The translations under genes were made by a program, and so were the position numbers. From NCBI GenBank assembly GCA_030167865.1, contig JALAGF010004118.1, forward strand, positions 62,001-106,049: 44,049 nt of DNA, in the 5' to 3' direction. The notes beneath the pieces were generated by a model. The model was not told where the DNA came from, did no database searches, and worked only from the letters and a program-made list of their open reading frames with translations. Below are positions 40,840-44,049 of this stretch, piece after piece (position 1 is the first letter of the stretch; each line of letters starts with the position of its first letter). This stretch comes from Craspedostauros australis. Lineage: Eukaryota.

Positions 40840-42429
40840 TGCAGCTGCTGTTGCGTCGGCTCTTCCAATCTCCTGGAGAGTTGTCGAGGGAACTGGCAGC
40901 AACGACGACGACGATTGAAGGTTGATGGTTGATGATTGAGAGCTGATGAAGGCAGGAAGGTAGACCGACAACGTCTTCAAGTGGAATGCGCAGTCTTCGT
41001 GTTCAACTTCCGGAATGGATGCAGAGGAGAGCAGTCATTGTAGAGTACTGAGTTTCATCTTTTGGCTTCCCGTTGTTGGGTTGTGTGGTGCAATGCGAGC
41101 GTCGATCGGGCTGAGTCAGCAACGAACGAGAACCTGGATGTGCAGAACTTCTTGCGTTGCCTTCGTGAAATCCAGAAGGCGAGCTATTTCTCATTCTGTG
41201 GATGCCGAAGAACATCGCAGACAAGCCTCACGTCATCGTCGTGTGTGCGGTGTCGTCGTGGGAAGCACCATTCACCGCGTTCACAAGGAATGCACGGTCG
41301 CCACCACAATGTGAACTCATCACGATCGTGGACGGATCGTTTGCGCGCGTCCCAGTTGCCAGACAACAACGAGAAGAATGGTGCCCTTACCAGACACGCC
41401 TGCGTACAGCTCGCATTCAGGAAAGGACTAAATGATGCTGAGGATGCCGACCCAGAAAGGGAGAAACCGTCGCTGTGGTTCTCATTGCGAACGTCGAATA
41501 GTCATGACGCATGTGTCCATTCAGCAGTATGCGGTTCTTCGATTCGGATTTGTGCATCCCTTCCGATGAATTGGTGATGAATTAGTGATGAATTGATGAG
41601 ACGGAATCTCTCCACCAGCACGCGTCTGGTGGGACGCAACACGAACCACGAACAACAGATCAATGGCATAAAGCAGTGAATGGGCGAATGACATCGACGA
41701 TCCCCTCCCAGTACATAGTCGTAGTGCCATGATGCTCGCCCAGACTGTCGATCCGAAGTGGGAAACTGGCGATGTTGCCAACCAACCAAGAGTCCAGTGA
41801 TACTGGCAACCCGAAGACGACGCCTGCTGTGCGAATAGCCTCGAACAAAAACCCGATCCTCTGCTTTGTTAGCGTCGAGTTTCCAAACACGTCGGAGTGG
41901 AACAAGAACAAGGGAGGGAACATCACAAGGCCAGAGTGACCGAGAGAGAGTGAGAGAAGGGGAGTGAAGAAACGACAATGGGGACAAGGGCCGCAGGAAC
42001 GCCAACAACGACGACAGCAACAGAGGAATAGCGACCTTGGTGTAGCCCGTAGTCGTACGCGCATCAAGCCACTCTCTCCCGTCCACGAAAGGAGGAAGCA
42101 TTGGACGGCACCAACCCGAACCGTTTTGATGGGAAGACTGGACTCCGAACACACGTCGTTATGTGCACGATTCCACGAACTGTCGCGAACGACACAAATC
42201 ATGATGGGCTCCATAACACTTGTGACAAAGCAGCCTCTATCACATACTTCAGCAATCCGAACCTCGACGAGGCCCCAATCCGAATGCCCAAAAACAGGAA
42301 GCCGCCTCACAAAACTTGGGATTGGCCATGCCAAGCGCAAAACAACGGAGGTGGCGCAAAGGCGGACAGAATACGAGACCAAGAGAGAGAGGAACAACTA
42401 CCCCCAATGATGACAACAGCGACAACATC

Positions 42430-43074
42430 ATGAAGAGAGCAAGGCCGGGAGGTAATGGCCGGCAACACTCAGAGCCACCGGAGGAAACCTTCGTCGGTAG
42501 CCCTCACTCTTACGATTTGCTTCCATCGTTCCTACATCAACCAACACCAACCATAAAGCTGCGAAAGACCAAACAGACAACCCAACAACCACGCATACTG
42601 CAAACAACCGCCATGCAAACAAACGGCCAAACAACAAACACCAGCCACTGTACCAAGCCCAATCAAAGCCAAAAGCGCAGTCCCATCGTGCTGCAGCAAA
42701 CTCCAACAGTCCCCGCCACACCCAACCGCAACATGAGTCTCATCATGACTCAAACATCGTACCCCAAGAAGCTCCCGGCGCTGACCAACAGATCGAAGGC
42801 CGCGTCGAAGTTCCTCCTCTTCATCCACGAGATCTTCCATTACCTCAAACAGGTGGAATCGCCACAGGTCTGCGCCATCGCCAAGCTGCGCGTCATGCAA
42901 TGCGTCGAACTACACCGATCGCAGCGAAGTCTGCACAGCAAGAGCCTGCGCCAGGATGTCCTGATAACTCTGTTGCAAACGATCGGGCCGCATCATTTCC
43001 GTATGTGCCAGATGCGATTTCAAGGCTTCATGCTGCAGCAGCAGATTGCGTGTCACCAGAGGCAACGGGTTTGA
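42430..43074 (+). CDS. Hypothetical protein: T/Q/P-rich N-terminus + ~75-aa amphipathic helical domain
   Basis: Open frame with ATG at 42430. The C-terminal 'KFLLFIHEIFHYLKQVESPQVCAIAKLRVMQCVELHR...LLQTIGPHHF' looks like a compact helical bundle with coding-like codon usage. Confidence 0.6.
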   Translation: MKRARPGGNGRQHSEPPEETFVGSPHSYDLLPSFLHQPTPTIKLRKTKQTTQQPRILQTTAMQTNGQTTNTSHCTKPNQSQKRSPIVLQQTPTVPATPNRNMSLIMTQTSYPKKLPALTNRSKAASKFLLFIHEIFHYLKQVESPQVCAIAKLRVMQCVELHRSQRSLHSKSLRQDVLITLLQTIGPHHFRMCQMRFQGFMLQQQIACHQRQRV

Positions 43075-44049
43075 ACGACAATGATTGCATGATGATCACG
43101 CGTCGTCAATTCCTTTCCAATGACGAGTTGCACCCCATCGAGGAATCCCGCTGTAGGCATCATACCCCACACTGAAATACACAAAAGAAGATGTTGCAAA
43201 CGTGCAACATCAACACCATGTACATTCATACAACACCATTATCATACAACACCATAGAGGCAATGTAATAGTAGAGCACTTGAGTATACCAAAGCCCTTC
43301 AATATATTATACAGGTACTTGCATGTGTGCCATACGTATTATACATAGACATAGGAGACAGTCCGAGACGAATGGAACGTTGCCTGTTTGAATCATGGCG
43401 AATAGGCTGCGATGTGGGGCAATGCACCATGCTTGCAGACCGATTCAGCAGCCACCAGATCAGCAGCCATCGGACCAGCAGCCAACCATTGTCAATGAAA
43501 GAGCGCACCGACGCCGAAAGGGATGAGGAGTGAACCAAGGAGGCTCTCTCGCCAAATCTCGTGGCCTTTGCCTGGGACGTGCCGCGCGGAGACTAATGAG
43601 GCGTTACACCAAACGAGATCCCTCCCCTTTCCGCGAACCCGTCGGCAGCACCAACAAGGCGGTTCCGTTTCAAACTGGAGATGTACATGCAACATTTAAA
43701 GAGACGAGAAGCCATTGGAAGAATCGGCAGGTGCGCCTCCGGCTAATTGACTTTGTCCCTCCACGGATCAATGTGTTGGAGAGTGTCCTTTCCCAGCGGA
43801 CGGCTGCGCGCTCCCCCAACGAAGAATGCAGCAAACGATAGCGCTCGTTGCAGAGTTTTGTGGGTGATGTGTTATTATACAATAAACTAGTCTAGAGCAC
43901 AACCAAAAACCATCCAAATAACTGCAAATTGTATGATAGAATATCTCAACAACACATCGTTTACAAATAAAACTCAATAGTACATGTAGGCACCTGGCTA
44001 TCAGTGATTCTGAATATTGAAGTTTACTTTGCATGAACTTTGGTTTTAA

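Noticed and set aside
41000-42400. Several 150-245-aa ORFs on both strands
   Set aside because: They overlap each other and derive from CA/GA-rich low-complexity promoter or UTR sequence, with no domain signal.
43860-44049. AT-rich window end as telomere or transposon terminus
   Set aside because: No telomeric repeats, terminal inverted repeat, LTR or transposase ORF are visible. It is too short to call.

Overview
Gene-dense eukaryotic nuclear DNA, most likely a diatom/ochrophyte. This is inferred from short GT-AG introns, bipartite signal peptide + F/Y transit presequences, compact intergenic spacers and microsatellite-rich UTRs. About 15 protein-coding genes are supported: a 5'-truncated Mpv17/PMP22 protein, a signal-peptide-bearing PHO80/cyclin-P-like protein, mitochondrial Oxa1, MANF/ARMET (2 exons), a large Msp1/ATAD1-related AAA ATPase (3 exons), a 3198-aa single-exon NLR-like STAND protein (disordered N-terminus, helical domain, APAF-1-type NB-ARC, ~16 TPRs, polybasic tail), a DUF676 lipase-like hydrolase, a mitochondrial ribosome recycling factor, a plastid-type PDZ protein, a 2-TM unknown protein, a plastid-type S1-domain protein, a thioredoxin, a gamma-glutamylcyclotransferase-like protein and two hypothetical proteins. 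I saw no rRNA, tRNA, CRISPR array or transposon. The most interesting leads are: (i) the giant NLR-like protein, whose N-terminus carries clustered endocytic adaptor-binding motifs (DPF/FxDxF) and which sits next to a DUF676 hydrolase; (ii) a ubiquitin-C-terminus-like hydrophobic-RGG motif that follows the signal peptide in two unrelated proteins, the cyclin and the AAA ATPase; (iii) an S1 domain apparently split by a ~220-aa acidic insertion. All family calls come from motif recognition by eye, not from database searches.
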